Positions 60,675-64,000 of a stretch of DNA of 64,000 nucleotides are shown here, piece after piece. The notes below the pieces were generated by a model, which saw only the letters and a list, made by a program, of their open reading frames with translations, ran no database searches and had not been told where the DNA came from. The stretch's first letter is position 1, and each line of letters begins with the position of its first letter. A program made the translations under genes and the position numbers. Source of the stretch: Phoronis australis (lineage: Eukaryota > Animalia > Phoronida); NCBI GenBank assembly GCA_002633005.1, contig NMRA01000033.1, forward strand, positions 809,357 through 873,356, given 5' to 3'.

Positions 60675-61462
60675 CTCCAGAATGTTACAATGAATAACAC
60701 ATGACATTTACAGACTGTACACACTCTCCCTAACATAACCTGTCAAGATAAAAAAGTCTAAATAAATTTAATTTAAATTACACATAATTTATTGTGAACA
60801 AAGGCATTGAAATTCTTTTAAGCTACAGGCTGTTGTAACAACAAAACACACAGCTTGACATTAGCTTAAGTTGGCAGATTTATTTGAGGTTGTAATATGA
60901 CAACCAAAGTTATACATGCTGTGTGTGTTTATGCAAATGCCTTCTATAAATCAATTTGGATACAGTGTTACATTTGAACACATGAAACTGGCTAAACTCT
61001 TCATTGCAATCAATAGTAGGCAACAATTCAATAAACACAGCCAGAAGATCCAGTTCTTAAGCACTGGTCAAACATTCAGAGGCATGTTCAACACTCATTT
61101 TAAGATGGGTCCAGTATACCAAATGTTCAACAGGTGTCTCCACTGTATCACGTTGATTTTCCAGTAGGATCCTCTCCAGCTTTCAACAGGTGGGTCTTCC
61201 CAATTCCTCCGGGCACATCAAAGTCGTCCAAAAACCTCTCTTGTTTGACAGCGAACATGGAATAAAAATCTGTTCAATGGTTAAGAAAAATAATGACTTC
61301 AGTGATATTAGAGAAATCTTTAAAGTACATCACTGTAAGTCATGCTTTGGTTCTCATTCGCTCTCCTGCAGACAACCACTAAACAAACTGAGTTATGACT
61401 ACCAGAGGCATCTGGAACACCTTGGGTATATTTGTAGCCTCAAATTATCTGTCAGAGGTGTT

Positions 61463-62669
61463 TCATATCTGTGCATGAGTAAACTTTAATCTGCAAGATG
61501 ATTAGGTCAACAGATGGTTAAACATCATTGCTACTGTATCTGCCTTGCAGGTTTTAAAAGACCTACGTGATGTCATTATTAATACTACTGTCTGCCTCCC
61601 CATGTACTGATATTTTAAGTTTCAGTTTGTTTTCACATGAATATGACGGTGTATGCGACGAGACTTTCCATTTTGACAGTCACATGAGTTTTTGTTCTGA
61701 TTGAAGTATGTGCCAGACCAATGCTACATACACAATCAAACTCATTTCACTCAGACATAGTTCCACAACACGCTTGCACTGGTTTGTGAACTTTACTATG
61801 TGGTGATAATTTCAAAAACATAAATCAAAGCTCTGCAGACCAAGTAATATTAACAGCAATTGAAAAGAAAACAAAGAAGCTAAATTAATTATCTCAACAA
61901 AGATAAACTTTGAAATGTACCAAGAATTTTTGCACATGGTATTTTGAATCAGGGTATATTAATGATAATCCAAAGTTGCAACTCATCCTAATATGCCATG
62001 TATGCCAGAAGACTACAAAACATATGGCTCACCCTGACTTAAGCCATCAAAGTCACATCTCAGTAGGCAGTCAATGTCGTTAAATCCTTCCTACTCAAAC
62101 AACTACTTTGTAAATCAAAATTTCTTTCAAAAATGTCACTTCATTTGTCAACAAAAATTGTGACCTTGCCATTTTGTTGCACTACTGCATCACTGCACAA
62201 GTCTATCGGATGTCATATTGAGGTTGACCTGCATGAGTTTGAGAGTGTGCCAAGCGCTGATGTGCTACACTGACGATTCAGCAGTGCTTGAATCCTGGCT
62301 GCCACGATTGCTAATCACATACCTGGGCAGCAAGAAGTCAATGTCAACGTACTGGTAAAAGAAGGGACATATTGGAGAGTAATCTTAATTACTGGTCAAT
62401 ATTTGTTTGAGTTGGAAGGATTTGAAGACACTGAAGGCTCCCAAAGGTGTCTCTCTATGCACAAAAGATACTTATTCCAACACGACTTTGTTGATATAGC
62501 ATAATAGCACGTACACAGGCTTCCACTTGGTCAAATAAAACCGACATAAATTCAGTCTATCTACCTTCAGGAAATTGACCTTTGACTTACTGGTTGAAAA
62601 AAGGATTCCCATTCAGGTAAGATTCCTTGCAAGGTGGACGAAGGGGCAATGAATGCTCCCAACTCAAGC
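61463..62669 (-). CDS. 3' exons of an unidentified gene (62591-62669, 62323-62351, 61463-61490)
   Basis: Canonical splice sites join to ...LELGAFIAPSSTLQGILPEWESFFQP|YVDIDFLLPR|LKFTHAQI*. The protein is not recognised and an alternative frame is also open. Confidence 0.5.
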
Positions 62670-64000
62670 CTGACAAAGACAATTATGAACTCCAGCAGGC
62701 TTTACTGGCCATAACCTGTTAACTTGGGATTTTCCAATTGAAAAAGATTTCCTGATTTTGAAACTAAGGACTAACTATACCAAACCACCATTTTCAATAT
62801 CAAAACAATCCAATCAAAATTCATGCATAAATAATGTAATAAAGTTGGCTAAGTTATATGATAACCAGTGACAACCACTCTGATTATGAGCTGACAACGT
62901 AAACATGGTAAACGCATCTTTAAAATTCACAGCCGAAGCAGGTTATTCTCATATTGGGAGAATTTCTCCTGAGTGGGTGAATTCTCCTAATTGGGAGAGA
63001 AAATTCTCTTGATCTTGAGAAATTCTCCTGATTGTGGGAATGAATTTCACAAAGTATTTAAGGGAAAACAGTATTCAATCAGGGAAATTCACACCATTGA
63101 ATAAAGTGCAAAAACTACTGGGATTGACTGAGGGAATTAAAAATTAACCACGTCGATTCGGTTTGAGCGATCACCTCTTTTCAGCTCTTGCTCAGGGATA
63201 TTCCTGACCAGGTTTAAACCTGTGCCCATTGGGCACACCTGATGACAAAAAGTGTGCCTTTTCAAAAAGTTGTGCCCAGGAGACTTAGTGTAATTAAAGT
63301 AGCAACATATGAAAACAAACCCCAAGGGCATTCGAAATAAGAACTGAGTCATGTTCATGTAAATGTGGCATTTTTATTTGAAATTCCATACAAAAAGGCA
63401 ATCTGACAAAGACGTCAAATAGACTTCAGCTGTGATGGAATAAGAACACACCGGCTGTAAGTTGACTACAATCTTGCATTTTTGGAAGAGTGTTTAAAAA
63501 ATGCACCCGGGGGGGCACACTGCTGCAATGTACTTGTGCCTTTTTATTTTTTATGCATTAATGGCACAAAGGCGCGGTCCAGGATTATCCCTGCTTGCTG
63601 AAGGCAATAACTTGACAATACTATAACTCGACAACCATAGAAGATAATAAACAACACCAACTGTACAATCAATAGGGAGGACAATCAAAAAGTAGGTCAC
63701 GGTGCTCCATATCTGCCTCCGTGTAAAACCCATGTCGGTAAATTACCCGATTTCAGACTTCAAAGTTAACTATAAGACAATTTTGTGTTATAAATCGTTG
63801 CCTTAGTATTTATTTGTAAGTTTGTAATCTTTTTGTCTCAAATTTGCGGCTGATAAATCATTTTTTGTAAGCTTTTTTTAGCGCAAGATTTTCCGCCATG
63901 CGATCAACTTTCGAAAAAGTACCTCTTGTTCCTCCTATCCAAAAGAGCACTATACTCTCAAATACAAACATGAAATTTGGACAGGATGTAGTTTAGATGA

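Overview
This is AT-rich animal genomic DNA, most likely from an invertebrate, so the ORF track mostly shows exon fragments and noise. About 56 kb is one minus-strand gene, a KMT2C/KMT2D (MLL3/4, Trr-type COMPASS) H3K4 methyltransferase ortholog. I traced 56 phase-consistent GT-AG coding exons from a probable ATG at 55830 down to 2182. They encode an extended PHD, two PHD clusters, an HMG box, long Pro/Gln-rich regions and the C-terminal extended PHD. FYRN, FYRC and SET are not in the window and should lie beyond its left edge. The right end holds the 3' exons and UTR of an unidentified minus-strand gene. Introns carry a 5'-truncated L2/CR1-type LINE, a family of ~510-bp TTAA-type MITEs, a 1.42-kb CAC-terminated TIR element with a 5-bp TSD, and several minisatellites. 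The most unusual signals are: (i) a strand-specific cluster of eight TGCATGGA motifs in one intron just downstream of the HMG-box exons; (ii) the Transib/RAG-like or Chapaev-like element inserted into that cluster; (iii) repeated local duplications that copy the gene's own splice sites. All coordinates were read by eye and no database search was run.
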